Source: Epithemia pelagica (taxonomy: Eukaryota; Protista; Bacillariophyta). Taken from it: a DNA stretch of 64,000 nucleotides. Every line of letters starts with the position of its first letter. Positions within the stretch are counted from its first letter, which is position 1. Under the pieces are notes generated by a model. The model worked only from the letters and a program-made list of their open reading frames with translations, did no database searches and was not told the origin of the DNA. The position numbers were made by a program, and so were the translations under genes. Location of the stretch: positions 1,364,001-1,428,000 of the forward strand of contig OX337242.1 in the NCBI GenBank assembly GCA_946965045.2. The letters run 5' to 3'. Below are positions 44,834-55,691 of the stretch, one piece after another.

Positions 44834-45490
44834 ATGGTGCTTTTTGGTATGACGACAACATCACCCAACATTGCCCAACTTCCCTACCTCGAAGACTCGG
44901 TCACGACGAAGCACTCATCGGCGTCGTCGGTGTCTTCCGAAGACACTGCGGCTCCAACCAGTGAATCATCCTTCAAATGCACTAAGAAGACGTGCACGTA
45001 CCATCCGGCGCCGCTTGGTGTCGATTATGACAAGAATGACACTGTATTTGGGAAGATTCTTCGAGGAGATTCTCCTGCCACGGCCCTCGCGGAAACTTCC
45101 AATGTCTTTGCCTTTGAAGATATCCATCCATGGGCTCGGTTACATGGCCTCGTTATTCCCAAGAGATTAATCAAGAGTGTCTTTGACTTGACGGCGGAGG
45201 ACCAAGATTTGCTGGACGAAATGCGCGAAACTGCCTACCAGCTTCTTCGGGAACAAGAACCTACTGCCTATGCCCGAGGTGACTTCATTCTGTGCTTTCA
45301 TGTTCCTCCCTACAATAGTGTCGATCATTTGCACCTGCATGTCATGGCACCAAAGTCGAAAATGCGATTTGTTCCAAGATTTTACAAGTATAACACCAAC
45401 TCCAAACGTGCCGCGTCATTAGATTCGGTGCAATCTCGACTGCAAAGAGGGAAAGCTCCGGTTCCTTACAAGAGACCACAACTCGCCTGA
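44834..45490 (+). CDS. HINT3: Histidine triad nucleotide-binding protein, HINT3-like
   Basis: VFGKIL, AFEDIHP, HGLVIPK and FHVPPYNSVDHLHLHV (HxHxH triad). ATG at 44834. Confidence 0.85.
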   Translation: MVLFGMTTTSPNIAQLPYLEDSVTTKHSSASSVSSEDTAAPTSESSFKCTKKTCTYHPAPLGVDYDKNDTVFGKILRGDSPATALAETSNVFAFEDIHPWARLHGLVIPKRLIKSVFDLTAEDQDLLDEMRETAYQLLREQEPTAYARGDFILCFHVPPYNSVDHLHLHVMAPKSKMRFVPRFYKYNTNSKRAASLDSVQSRLQRGKAPVPYKRPQLA

Positions 45491-46031
45491 GACATGTGGC
45501 TATGATATCAGTTTTGCTCGCGTGGTTTCGATACCAAAGTGTGTCCATGTTGCCCTGGGCAACTTGTACCTACTCTATCAAGGAGAGCCGGTGGCGCAGA
45601 TTCCTCAACAACAAGGGCCTCGAACTGTTTGAACCAGATATTGGTGGGTTGAGTAAGCCCTTATCCAAAGATCTGAGACTCACTTCAAAAACCAAAGGCA
45701 GCGATCATTGAATCAGCCACTAGCGATAGCTGCAATACAACATAGAATCTTAAATTAGACTATTTCTCGTGATACCAACATGATTACACCGTAGTTAAAA
45801 CCAGATGGTTACAATGACCAATCCACTCCAGTGATCAGATCTTGTCTGTTTGAATAATTATCCTTTTTGGTCTCACGTCCGTTCCAGTTGTTCACCCAAG
45901 GACCTTGGTCATGTTACTACCAACCCATGAATCTCCAAAGAGTCTTGCTAAGCATGCCAACATCTACTTTATGAGTTTATTTGAATACGCAAGATCAAGT
46001 GTCTCTCGACCGTGTCCATACACCAGTAAAC

Positions 46032-46340
46032 CTACAGAGCTTCGCCCGCTCCTCGTATGAGATCGATCACTCCGGAAGGCATTGTCTGTAGCAGAAGCAT
46101 TCTCCTGTCGCTACAGAAGCAACTTTTCCCAAATGACGCTATCACAGGACCCTTCCTATTCCAATGCAACAGTCACTTGTGCTTCAAAAGAATCACAAGG
46201 TACAAAGGGTGTTGCCCATTCCTCGTAGTAGAACAATCACTGTGGAAAAGGCATTGTGTGTACCTGACGCATTCTCCCCATGTCACAGTAATGTTCCCCT
46301 TTGACGTTGTCAAAGCAGACTTTCGGATGTACCAACCAGT
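46032..46340 (-). pseudogene. Decayed Cys-rich repeat coding remnant
   Basis: Two diverged ~75-nt direct repeats 172 nt apart; fragments read CFDNVKGEHYCDM / GECVRYTQCLFHSDCS and GECFCYRQCL with frameshifts and stops. Confidence 0.4.
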
Positions 46341-46428
46341 GAGCAAAAAACAAACTTGTCATTTCGTTCCGTTCATTCGATCCGCTCGATAGTTCATATC
46401 CTTGGTTTATAGGATCGACAAACAGATG

Positions 46429-47796
46429 CTAATAGGTTCCCAGTCCCAAGGCATCTTCAATATCACGATCTTCATCGTATTCATCGTACACTTCGTCCTC
46501 GTAGTCCTCATGATTGTATGTAGTCGCATCACTCTCCGATGACGAGGTGGATGGCGCCGACGAGGCCGACGCACCAAAGGCAGCCCATGCCGCCTCCTCT
46601 TCAGCGGAAAGGGAGAGGACCGCGGCGGACGAAGAGGATGACGACATGGACGTCGTCTTTTGTGGAGCGTCGCTAATGGACGTTTCTGTGTCACTCGATA
46701 GTACCGGTTCTTTTTGTTTTCGGTTCTGTGGCTTTTTGCGTTGCTTGGCTTCTTGTTGTTCCTCCTTTATGATTTCTTGGACTGTTTCTTTGGCTTGATT
46801 GGTAAAATCCAACTGCAATCGTTTCTTCTCAATGGATTGCACTTGAACATTGACGCGTGACCCTCTCGACAAGCCAGCCGTTTGTTGCAATCCATCTCGT
46901 CCAGCAATGTATCGTTGAAACAATTGCGCCACTGTACGAATGTGTAACAGTCCATGTCGATTGGCACCAACATCCAGGAGGACTCCATACGGTTCGACAC
47001 GAATCACCTGGCCCATTAATTCTTGTCCCACGGTCAAGGAGGACACTGAGACTCGGTCCGATTGTTGTTGCTGTTTCAGCACGTCCAGCGCTTCATCACG
47101 ATCCAAACACACTTCGAGTTGGTCACTCTCCAAGCGAATTTTCTGAACAAAGACGGGAAATCCTAGACTTTGCTTTTTGCGCAATCGCGCGGCTCGTTTC
47201 AATGCCACCGATTGTTTGCCCCGCGGTGGTCCCAAGCGCAACATGGCATGAACAATTTTCCACGACGACTTCTTCGTTTTCTGGGTGGATTGGTCGGTGA
47301 CAGGACTGGCACGGCCCTTGGTTTGGCGGCGCCATTTGCCGACACCCACTTCACAAAATACCTTGGGACCTGTCGTCCCATTGAGTAGTTCTTGAACCAC
47401 CACGGCTTGCAATTCTTGTCCAACGGTCAGTTCACTCAGCTCCCAACGAGGACGCCATTGATTGTTGGGAGGAGCTCGATAAAAGCAAGGCGGACGTTCG
47501 TCCGAGAGGGTAGTGTTTGCGGTACTCGCCAAAGCGTCCTTCCGAGATTCCGCCGTTTGTACCTCGTCGTCTGACGTTTGTGGCGCCGCATCGGGTGGGT
47601 GGCTTGCCAACCAATGGAGTTGAAAACTGTCTTTGCTAGATCCACGACAAGGAGACCCCGAGAGGGAGGGGGAGGAAATAGTAAATGCATTCACAATCAC
47701 CAACCGGGAAGAACTCAACAGCGTCCAAATCCCGATTCTTGTCAGTAGCAGAGTAGTAGAGAAAGAACAGGAGGATACCATTCTGCTATAGCACAT
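46429..47796 (-). CDS. S1 RNA-binding domain protein with plastid bipartite presequence
   Basis: Signal ...LVIVNA-FTISS. S1 domains LTVGQELQAVVV...KVFCEVGVG and LTVGQELMGQVIRVEPYGVLLDVGANRHGLLHI...GSRVNVQVQSIEKKRLQLD. Acidic tail. Confidence 0.85.
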   Translation of the reverse strand: MCYSRMVSSCSFSTTLLLTRIGIWTLLSSSRLVIVNAFTISSPSLSGSPCRGSSKDSFQLHWLASHPPDAAPQTSDDEVQTAESRKDALASTANTTLSDERPPCFYRAPPNNQWRPRWELSELTVGQELQAVVVQELLNGTTGPKVFCEVGVGKWRRQTKGRASPVTDQSTQKTKKSSWKIVHAMLRLGPPRGKQSVALKRAARLRKKQSLGFPVFVQKIRLESDQLEVCLDRDEALDVLKQQQQSDRVSVSSLTVGQELMGQVIRVEPYGVLLDVGANRHGLLHIRTVAQLFQRYIAGRDGLQQTAGLSRGSRVNVQVQSIEKKRLQLDFTNQAKETVQEIIKEEQQEAKQRKKPQNRKQKEPVLSSDTETSISDAPQKTTSMSSSSSSAAVLSLSAEEEAAWAAFGASASSAPSTSSSESDATTYNHEDYEDEVYDEYDEDRDIEDALGLGTY

Positions 47797-48445
47797 TCAT
47801 TCAGCACTCCACAAGACAATCAATGGCCTGTCATGGTAATACATGATGTGTGGCTCTGCGTTCTCTGCGTCGGGTGGAGATTTGAGAAGGATGCTTTGTG
47901 GTCAGTGCTCTTACTGTTGCGCGAACCATCCGCGACGCATCTTCTCTGGTGCAGTTGGAGGCACCATGGTTCTGTTGTTCATGACTTGTCTCCCACATTC
48001 AGTGTAATGCGAGGACACTATGAGAATCATCCACCAGCTTTTACTCCTAGTATTTCAGGCAGCAAAGAGGAGTCATGCTGTTGCTAAAACGACGATCCAG
48101 TCAAACCACGAATGACTAAACTGATCATGTGTATTGGGCAATGAAACTTGAGGCTTTTGCGGATTTCAACGATAGAATCACCACACCAAATCATGGAGAT
48201 GGATGATGTGAAGAAAACTATTCTTAACCTTTCGATCTCTTTTAGAAGACAATTTGTCAGGTCATGCCATGATTTTTGTTTGGAGATCCATGGAACTTAT
48301 GTGTGCACGTCTCATGTTTTATGATCTCAGCACGACTTGATTCTCACCACCAATCACTTTTTTCTCTCATAAAAAGAAGATTTCTGGAACCCGCAAAGCA
48401 TCATCGTCAAAATTCTGTCATTATCGTCCCTCGATCCATTGCACC

Positions 48446-51400
48446 ATGAAGTACACCTCGTTTGACGAAGAACAATTTCGTCACTCTGGTAGGTCGCTTT
48501 TCGTCTCGTCTTGTTCCAATTTCATTTATGCTCTCTTTCTCAACGATGATATTTTCATGCTTCTGATGAAAAACCGTTTCTTGTTCGAATTCTCATTAGT
48601 CACCAAGGCAGTCCGTAAGGTTGAGACCATTCTTGGGACAACCAAACAGGCTTGTTTCGCCGCAGACGATCCAGACCATTCCTATCAGGATAAGTATGCC
48701 TTGGTCGAAGTCATGACCAATTCCAGTCTATTGTCCTTGTTGCATGTACTCAATCGGTTGGGCTTGGACGATACGAAACTCCACACACTGTTGGAGTGGG
48801 TCCATCGAGACCACAAGACGGTGACCTTGTCCTTTGAAGCCCAAACCACTTGTACCTTTGTCAAGGAAACCCAGGTGGACCATGTCGTGTCGGCTCCCAT
48901 GTACGGAAAAACGACCACTACTACCGAGACATCCTCGGAAGAAGCAAAGGGTAGTGAGAGTTTTGAAGATGACCTGCCTCCTGGATGGAAACGGATGACC
49001 GACCCTTCGACCGATCGTGCCTATTACTACAACAGTGAGACGGCGGAAACATCCTGGGAACGTCCCACTGCATCAGGATCCGTTTCTGCTGAGAATGGTC
49101 CAAGGAGTGAAATGCAAGTGGAAGAACAGAGCACCGACAAGAAAGAGTCGGCGGCTGGGACTAAAAAGGAAACCAAGAGCACGACCACCGTTCATGCCAA
49201 GGTGATTCGAAAAGTGACACAACATCACTGGAAGGTGGGCATTCATTACGTGATTACAGCATATCCTGGAACCGACAAATCATCTGGTCTTGAACTCTTG
49301 TCCCAATCCTCCTCGACCGTCCTTGTCACGTCTGCCGGGATGGTCCGTGGGGACGGAGTCACGCCTCCGCCAAAACCACCTCTTCCAGAAAAGACGATTC
49401 ACTCTCCTGTTGAACTGAATCTTACCTGGTTGCTGACCATGCTCCAAGATCCAACAACCATGAACAATGATGGCTCTGAAACGAACAGCAACGTTGTTTG
49501 TCAATTTGCCATTGATCGAGAGGCGTCCTCGTGTCGTACTCCCCGAAGAAACGATCCTGTCTATGCCGCATTGGCTTTTCAAGCATTGTTGCAAGAGTGG
49601 GTCCAACAAGTCTTGGACTTTTTTGTGGAACGCGTCCATCGTGGGATTGTACTAAAGCACAACCTCTTGCCCAATGGCAATTCGTGGCTTGTAGGCGATG
49701 CAGAGGAGGCGAATACTACTGGAGAACTTTGCTTGTTGAGTGGAACAAACGGTAAAGAAATTTTCACACCCATTCTACCCTTGATGGAACAAGGATCCGT
49801 ACTTTCACCAGAGGACCAGGATGCAATCATGGAGGCCCATTTTCATTCCTTGGAAAAATCCTGTACCGATGTAGCCCAAGCTTTCCCTTCCGCCAATTCT
49901 ACTCGACTGGTCACCTGCAAAGAAGCAACCATGGTGTTACTCTGTAATCACACCATGAAATTGATTGGTCAATACCAAAATAGCGTCGACTATGTGGAAA
50001 ATATGTTGAAAAAGCAGTTGATCCAGGCCATTGGCAAAGAAGTCAGTTCCAACGACTTTGACAAGTTTATGCGATTCCACAATCGCAAACTATTGGGACC
50101 TAACTATGCACCCAAACCATTTACCCATGCCATTCGGCGACCAAACGCCTACCCCGATGGAATCCTGAGTATTGAAGCCACCACCTCTACCCACACGGAA
50201 GACAAGGATGGAATGGACGCGTCCATTGAAACCATGTGCCGGCACATATCCGGTCAAGATAGCCCTTCCATCTTTATCCCCATTAGTGCCGCAACATCGG
50301 TTGAAATAACAGGAGATCGCTTTCTCCATGGTTGGATCCAGCATCGCTTTGAATCCGAACCAACCAGCTCATATCAGATTGCGGCACGTGCACGCCAGTT
50401 CTCGAGCTTTCTTTTGATTCTTGGAACTATGGCGGGCAAAGACAAGTTCATGCCGAAGAATGCCATCATTCTTCAAAATAAGGACGAAGTGCTCATTCCT
50501 CTGTTCATGGAGGTGATCCCGACGGCCAAGGAGTTTAAAGATGCCATATCTTCTCTTTCTCCCGAACAACAAGCATTTGCCAAGGCATTTCGGGCAATGC
50601 AACTTGAGTCATCAGTGTTTGCGCTCTGTGTCGTTCAACTCAAACCTCAGTTAGAAAAGCTCTTGGGTCTACCAGTGGGAGCACTTACAAAGGAGATCAA
50701 GTTGACGCAAGATCTCATGTCCCTCTTTGTGGACAACCAGATTCCCAGTGATCTTTTGTCATACACAGGTGGAAACACGGGCGATAGCATGGAATCAAAA
50801 TTGGCCAGCGTGAAAGCGAATGTCAAGGCCGTCATGGACGTAATCGATGCTGCAAAGGAGAAACAGATTATGGAAGAAGAAAGAAAATCGGAAATGAGGC
50901 AAGCTCAATTCGGCGCTGTCGACCAGAATCGTTCGTTCAGGGCTCCACATCCACCTCCCGCTCCAAGCGGATTCGGATTTGCTGCTTCAGCGCCACCTCT
51001 CCCATTCGGAAGCGCTGCTTGTCAGCTTGCCGCCGTGGCACCACCGAAACCAGCGGTTATGTTTGCTTGTGAGGCTCCCGCCACTCGATCGGCCACACTT
51101 GTTCAGCCGCGTGGCCTAGGCGAATCCGGACCAGACGAAATATGGTCTTGTCCGTCGACGGATTGTTATGATGAAATGGACGATATGGAGACGGAGGAGA
51201 ATTTATGTGAATCTTCAGAGGAGACTTTCAAAGCTGATCAAGTACCCACTCCTAAACGAGTTAAGGACATTGACGACTTCACTTTGGTTCCAAAAGCATT
51301 GGATACCAAGATTGAGAAACTTGACTCAGACAACTCGCTCAAATCCACAATCCTCAAGACGGACACCGTTTGGAAGCGACTTCGTCAAGCAAATTTGCTT

Positions 51401-51748
51401 TCTCCATTCCAATCAAAAAGCCTGAATTCGGTTGACATTCGAAGCGAAAAGAATAAAGCATTTGATTTGCTCGATGCCATTAGTCGAAGTGGAACTCTTA
51501 CGATTGAATGTGCGGAACTTCATGTCGTTGTAGCGGTGTCTCACTGCTTCGAAAACGATGTCATGGGATCAATCATTCAGGACAATGTTAACCCCATTGA
51601 AAAAGTTGAACGCTCGTCTCTTATTGTGGGGTCTATCATCTATGATGAACCTACTCGGTCGCTTCTACAACAAACAAATATTGACCGCCTTGGTGCAACA
51701 TTCCCTGCTCTCTTCGATCAAGAGCAGAACGCTACCGTTGAAGAGTAA
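48446..51748 (+). CDS. Large hypothetical protein with an inserted WW domain; probable in-frame intron 48489-48599
   Basis: 1100-codon open frame. WW: LPPGWKRMTDPSTDRAYYYNSETAETSWERP (48974-49067). Globular-looking blocks ARARQFSSFLLILG, AIILQNKDEVLIPL, LDAISRSGTL, NVNPIEKVERSSL. Confidence 0.85.
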   Translation: MKYTSFDEEQFRHSGRSLFVSSCSNFIYALFLNDDIFMLLMKNRFLFEFSLVTKAVRKVETILGTTKQACFAADDPDHSYQDKYALVEVMTNSSLLSLLHVLNRLGLDDTKLHTLLEWVHRDHKTVTLSFEAQTTCTFVKETQVDHVVSAPMYGKTTTTTETSSEEAKGSESFEDDLPPGWKRMTDPSTDRAYYYNSETAETSWERPTASGSVSAENGPRSEMQVEEQSTDKKESAAGTKKETKSTTTVHAKVIRKVTQHHWKVGIHYVITAYPGTDKSSGLELLSQSSSTVLVTSAGMVRGDGVTPPPKPPLPEKTIHSPVELNLTWLLTMLQDPTTMNNDGSETNSNVVCQFAIDREASSCRTPRRNDPVYAALAFQALLQEWVQQVLDFFVERVHRGIVLKHNLLPNGNSWLVGDAEEANTTGELCLLSGTNGKEIFTPILPLMEQGSVLSPEDQDAIMEAHFHSLEKSCTDVAQAFPSANSTRLVTCKEATMVLLCNHTMKLIGQYQNSVDYVENMLKKQLIQAIGKEVSSNDFDKFMRFHNRKLLGPNYAPKPFTHAIRRPNAYPDGILSIEATTSTHTEDKDGMDASIETMCRHISGQDSPSIFIPISAATSVEITGDRFLHGWIQHRFESEPTSSYQIAARARQFSSFLLILGTMAGKDKFMPKNAIILQNKDEVLIPLFMEVIPTAKEFKDAISSLSPEQQAFAKAFRAMQLESSVFALCVVQLKPQLEKLLGLPVGALTKEIKLTQDLMSLFVDNQIPSDLLSYTGGNTGDSMESKLASVKANVKAVMDVIDAAKEKQIMEEERKSEMRQAQFGAVDQNRSFRAPHPPPAPSGFGFAASAPPLPFGSAACQLAAVAPPKPAVMFACEAPATRSATLVQPRGLGESGPDEIWSCPSTDCYDEMDDMETEENLCESSEETFKADQVPTPKRVKDIDDFTLVPKALDTKIEKLDSDNSLKSTILKTDTVWKRLRQANLLSPFQSKSLNSVDIRSEKNKAFDLLDAISRSGTLTIECAELHVVVAVSHCFENDVMGSIIQDNVNPIEKVERSSLIVGSIIYDEPTRSLLQQTNIDRLGATFPALFDQEQNATVEE

Positions 51749-51824
51749 AAGAGGATAATTCTAGTCTATTTTGGTTATTAGAGATCAACTTCTCAATATT
51801 CCATAAATGTTCTGGAAACGAAAT

Positions 51825-54800
51825 TTACTCGACTCGAGTTCGTTTGCTTGGTTTGCTGACGCTCGTTGGTTCTCGTTTCGAGTCATTGCAACTCGCATCC
51901 GATACTTCGCTCTCCTCACGGACTGACTGAAGGGGAGACGATACTCGAGATTTGGGAAGCTTCACTTTTGAACGCGAGTCATCCTTTAGATCGATGTGCG
52001 CTTTTATAATCATCTTCAATTCCTTTTGCGACACAATCGCTTCGTCTGAAATCGCGGGTTCGCTAACAACAAGTGAGCATTTCATGCATCTGGCAAAATT
52101 TTCGAGACATTCGAGGAAACGCTCCTGTGGGAGATGAGGCTCATTGGCAATCTTAGCAATCCTTAGGAGACGGCCTTTATCCATGGAGAACCCCAAAGTC
52201 ATTTCAGCACATCCCAGTGGAGGGTCTTCGTGTGGGGCAATGGCACGACAGAGGAGAAGCACAATACTATTGGTACCGCATGACGACGGTGACTTCAAGG
52301 CTGCATGAGGGATAGTCAACGGAGAAGACAATTCCTTCTCCTCTGCAGTACCGGAATGGGCTGTTGCTGATTTATTACTTGCAACTCCATGGGCTGGTTT
52401 CCTCATTTGCGACAGGAACAACTTATCGATCCTTACCCAATCGTCGTCCTCGGTTGCCTTACGAAGCACTGCCCGGCCAACATCATCTTCCGTAAGCTCT
52501 CGTCGAGCTGGCAGAGACTTGCCATCTTCATCTTGTTCATTGAGTGCATGCAATGCGGCGTCAACCTGTTCATCGATTTGCTTTCGTCGACTCATCTGGC
52601 GCGTGCGGACCAGCTCAGCCTCCTTATCAAACTGACTTTGCTTTGTCACCGGTTCACCAGTCAGACAAAAAGATTTCAAATCGTTCAATAGAAACGCAGG
52701 GACCGAGCTATTCAGAGATTTGTCTGGTAAAACGTAGGGTCGGTCTTTCCTTGTTACAGTTGCACCACATTTTGCGTCAGTGCATGTCGAAGAACCGCTT
52801 GCATTCTGTTGATGCTGCTTGGAAGCCTTGCTTGCAGCATATTTCTCTCTTTCCATTTCTGCGGCCGCTTTTACTTCCACCATGGTTTCGCATTCTGGAA
52901 ATAACAGGGCCAGGAGCTTTGCCGATGCAACATGGCGAGCTTCTCTCTTCGTGCCGCCAATACCGATTGCTTCAAGAACTTCTTCATTCCCGGAACTTGT
53001 AGAGGTATATGAAGACTTGTCTTGGTTGTTTCCTTTTTCCCCAGCATCCCCTGCAATAAGTGTCGTAGCATCTGCGGTAGGTTTGATTTCCAGAAGTGAG
53101 CCTTTGGCCTTCTTTACTTTTAATCTGGCTACGCATGAAAAGGGACCGCGATGAACTCTTATGGCCGTGTGACTCTCCGAAATGGGATCCACTCTTCTTC
53201 GTATATTGGGCAATGTCTGATCCACAACCTGAAAGTTGTACTGTGGTGCCTCTGGGATCCGAGAATCAATTTGAACCATGGCATGGAGCAATGCGGAACA
53301 TACACTGGCTCCTCTTCCCGTATAGTAAGTGTTCCCATCTTCGTCTTCACCCGAGGTAGTTGTAGATTGTCCGCACGATGTGGCAATGTCCAGACTTCGT
53401 TTAATGCTAGGCCCCGAAGGATCATCTCGTTTCTTCATCACTGCTGAAGACGCAGGTTTTAGAGGGTGCGGCTGATCGTCAGGGTTTACTCGAAGAGATG
53501 CATAAGCTGCACTTGTAGAACCACCAACAAGAGAGGCTCTTTGGGAGAACGAGATAGCTAGGATACTATCACCTCCCTCCGTCGATGTGGCAACAGACGC
53601 ACCATGTTTCTCTTCCGAATGAGACTGATGATGATGACTGTCACGACCAATGGCCAGTCGCTTCGCCAAATTCGGTGCCAACTCATCGGCGGCAACTTCG
53701 GAATCCGTTTTTCGCACCGAGGTGGTAGTGGCTTCATGGTGTGGATGTTCCTGCAAAGCCCACTTCAAAGGTTGATGATGACGACTCGCGTAATCCTCAC
53801 GGTTGAAATTGGGCAACTCGACCAAAATGCCAGTGGTGGAATCAAACACCACACCCGGAACCAAACTTTGCAAGGCTCTTCGCGCCGCCATTTGTTTGGC
53901 AGCGGATTTAGTTGTTCCACTTCCACGACCAAGCGCAACATCCTCTTCATCGTTTAAGGCCACGGTAAAATCAAACTCTTCGGGAGGTGATGGAACTGTT
54001 GTATTCTCCAATGGGTTACCAACATAAGAAGCCACGAAGGTGGGCTTTCCTTGTTCCATAAAGATGGGTTTTCGATCTCGCTTACTACACCACTCGTACA
54101 AGGCCGAGACGGCAGTTTTGCCCAAGAGAGATTCATCAGACCGAGCCTTTTTCTTCTTGTAGTGCCGCCTGCTGGTAGAAGGACAATGATAATAGGGACT
54201 TTCCATGGACGAATGATGTGGTGGATAGAAACTACTACCACTGCTGCTACTTTCGCCATCCGAACGTAAACGTCTTCGAATTTTCTCTCGTTGTGGAGGA
54301 GCTGGTTGTTCTTGCTGCTTGGGTGTCGAACCACTGCGACTGCTACGACCGGACGGTCGTCGTCCCCGTGAATGGTGCTGAGAGTAGCCTTCTTGGTTAT
54401 CATCATTGTCTTCTTCATTCGGTGGTGGTAGTCTCTGTTGACGTTTCCGACGATGCCGACTGGTATCTCTAAAATGTGACGGTGGATAGTCATGTGGATC
54501 TTCATCACGATGATTCCCACTTTCACGATTGTTTGCAATAGGTTCTGTCAAGTCGGCTTCACTATCCGCTGGATCTGGTGCACCGTCGCGACTACGTCCG
54601 AATCCTGACCTTCTTCTCCTCTCTGGTGGATGGGTTTCGGTCCGATATTGTTGTTGCTGTTGTTGTTGTTCCTGCGGTGGTTGTTCCAACATTACAACGG
54701 ACGAAAGGGAGGATGCAGTGGCAGCATCATCCCACAGTTGCTCTGTGGGATGATGATCCGCACTTGGACCATGTTGCTGTTGTTGTGTGGGTGTCGGAGA

Positions 54801-55691
54801 TGGTTGAGCCGGATAGGGATACCACGGTGCTGTAAACGGCTGTGCTGCTGCTTGTGGTGGTGGTCTGGCGGGTCCGGTTGCATGTGCAAATCCACCACTG
54901 TTGGCATAGTCTGCCGCAGCCTGGGCAATTTGAGCAGCCGCCCAAGCCGCACCGGCTGCAAAGGCCTGGGCATTGCCCGTACCAGCAGTCGCACCCGGTG
55001 TGTGGTGAGGATGCGGTGGTTGAGGGGCAAACGTTGTGGTGTTGGCTTGTGGTGGTGGTGGATAGGCTTGAGTGGCCACAAAGGGAGGCGCCATCGGAGG
55101 AGACGATGGTTGGGCATAGAGACCTGCAGGAGCCATTCCCGGTGGCGGTGGTGGGAAATAGGCAAGTTGTGGAGGATAATTTGTAGTGTGGTTCCAGAAA
55201 GCAGCGGGATGAGGTTGTTGGAACGAGGAGGAGGAGGTGTCTGCATAAGCCGATGGATATTGAAATACCTGCCCATGTTCTGCATACTGAAGTGGTTGTT
55301 GTTGGTGTGTCGGTGGAGCAAAACCCATTGCCGAAACATCGGAGTGCTGTACAGCTCCTGGATGCATCATCATCATCAAAGACGCAGCTCCTGCTGCTCT
55401 GGAATCGTCGTTTGGAGCTGCCACTGGTGGATGTCCAGCTTCTGGAGGATGCTGATTGTTTTCTAGTCGACCGTTGACACTCTCGTTTGTGGAAAGGTTG
55501 ACTGGATGGTCGTTGGTGCTATTGTTCGGAACGTTGGACTCGGTCGTTTCTCCTCCATCAAAACGGCTCTCATCGTCACTGTCATCTTCGTCGGAAATTA
55601 TTCCTCCCTGAAGACCATGAGGACCACTCAACACTTGTCCTTCTTCTCGGCCGTCCTCTTCTTCATCCAGATGATCGTCATCGTCCTCCAT
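51825..55691 (-). CDS. Double-stranded RNA-binding protein (two dsRBDs) with C-terminal GNAT-like fold
   Basis: dsRBD1: KTAVSALYEWCSK...FDFTVAL...GRGSGTTKSAAKQMAARRALQSL. dsRBD2: SALLHAMVQ...PFSCVARL...GIGGTKREARHVASAKLLALL. C-terminus: VLRKATEDDDWVRIDKLF...PLGCAEMTLGFSMDKGRLLRIAKI. Confidence 0.8.
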   Translation of the reverse strand: MEDDDDHLDEEEDGREEGQVLSGPHGLQGGIISDEDDSDDESRFDGGETTESNVPNNSTNDHPVNLSTNESVNGRLENNQHPPEAGHPPVAAPNDDSRAAGAASLMMMMHPGAVQHSDVSAMGFAPPTHQQQPLQYAEHGQVFQYPSAYADTSSSSFQQPHPAAFWNHTTNYPPQLAYFPPPPPGMAPAGLYAQPSSPPMAPPFVATQAYPPPPQANTTTFAPQPPHPHHTPGATAGTGNAQAFAAGAAWAAAQIAQAAADYANSGGFAHATGPARPPPQAAAQPFTAPWYPYPAQPSPTPTQQQQHGPSADHHPTEQLWDDAATASSLSSVVMLEQPPQEQQQQQQQYRTETHPPERRRRSGFGRSRDGAPDPADSEADLTEPIANNRESGNHRDEDPHDYPPSHFRDTSRHRRKRQQRLPPPNEEDNDDNQEGYSQHHSRGRRPSGRSSRSGSTPKQQEQPAPPQREKIRRRLRSDGESSSSGSSFYPPHHSSMESPYYHCPSTSRRHYKKKKARSDESLLGKTAVSALYEWCSKRDRKPIFMEQGKPTFVASYVGNPLENTTVPSPPEEFDFTVALNDEEDVALGRGSGTTKSAAKQMAARRALQSLVPGVVFDSTTGILVELPNFNREDYASRHHQPLKWALQEHPHHEATTTSVRKTDSEVAADELAPNLAKRLAIGRDSHHHQSHSEEKHGASVATSTEGGDSILAISFSQRASLVGGSTSAAYASLRVNPDDQPHPLKPASSAVMKKRDDPSGPSIKRSLDIATSCGQSTTTSGEDEDGNTYYTGRGASVCSALLHAMVQIDSRIPEAPQYNFQVVDQTLPNIRRRVDPISESHTAIRVHRGPFSCVARLKVKKAKGSLLEIKPTADATTLIAGDAGEKGNNQDKSSYTSTSSGNEEVLEAIGIGGTKREARHVASAKLLALLFPECETMVEVKAAAEMEREKYAASKASKQHQQNASGSSTCTDAKCGATVTRKDRPYVLPDKSLNSSVPAFLLNDLKSFCLTGEPVTKQSQFDKEAELVRTRQMSRRKQIDEQVDAALHALNEQDEDGKSLPARRELTEDDVGRAVLRKATEDDDWVRIDKLFLSQMRKPAHGVASNKSATAHSGTAEEKELSSPLTIPHAALKSPSSCGTNSIVLLLCRAIAPHEDPPLGCAEMTLGFSMDKGRLLRIAKIANEPHLPQERFLECLENFARCMKCSLVVSEPAISDEAIVSQKELKMIIKAHIDLKDDSRSKVKLPKSRVSSPLQSVREESEVSDASCNDSKREPTSVSKPSKRTRVE

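Noticed and set aside
44310-44964. ORFs of 74-200 aa upstream of HINT3
   Set aside because: Non-ATG or overlapping starts and no recognisable domain.
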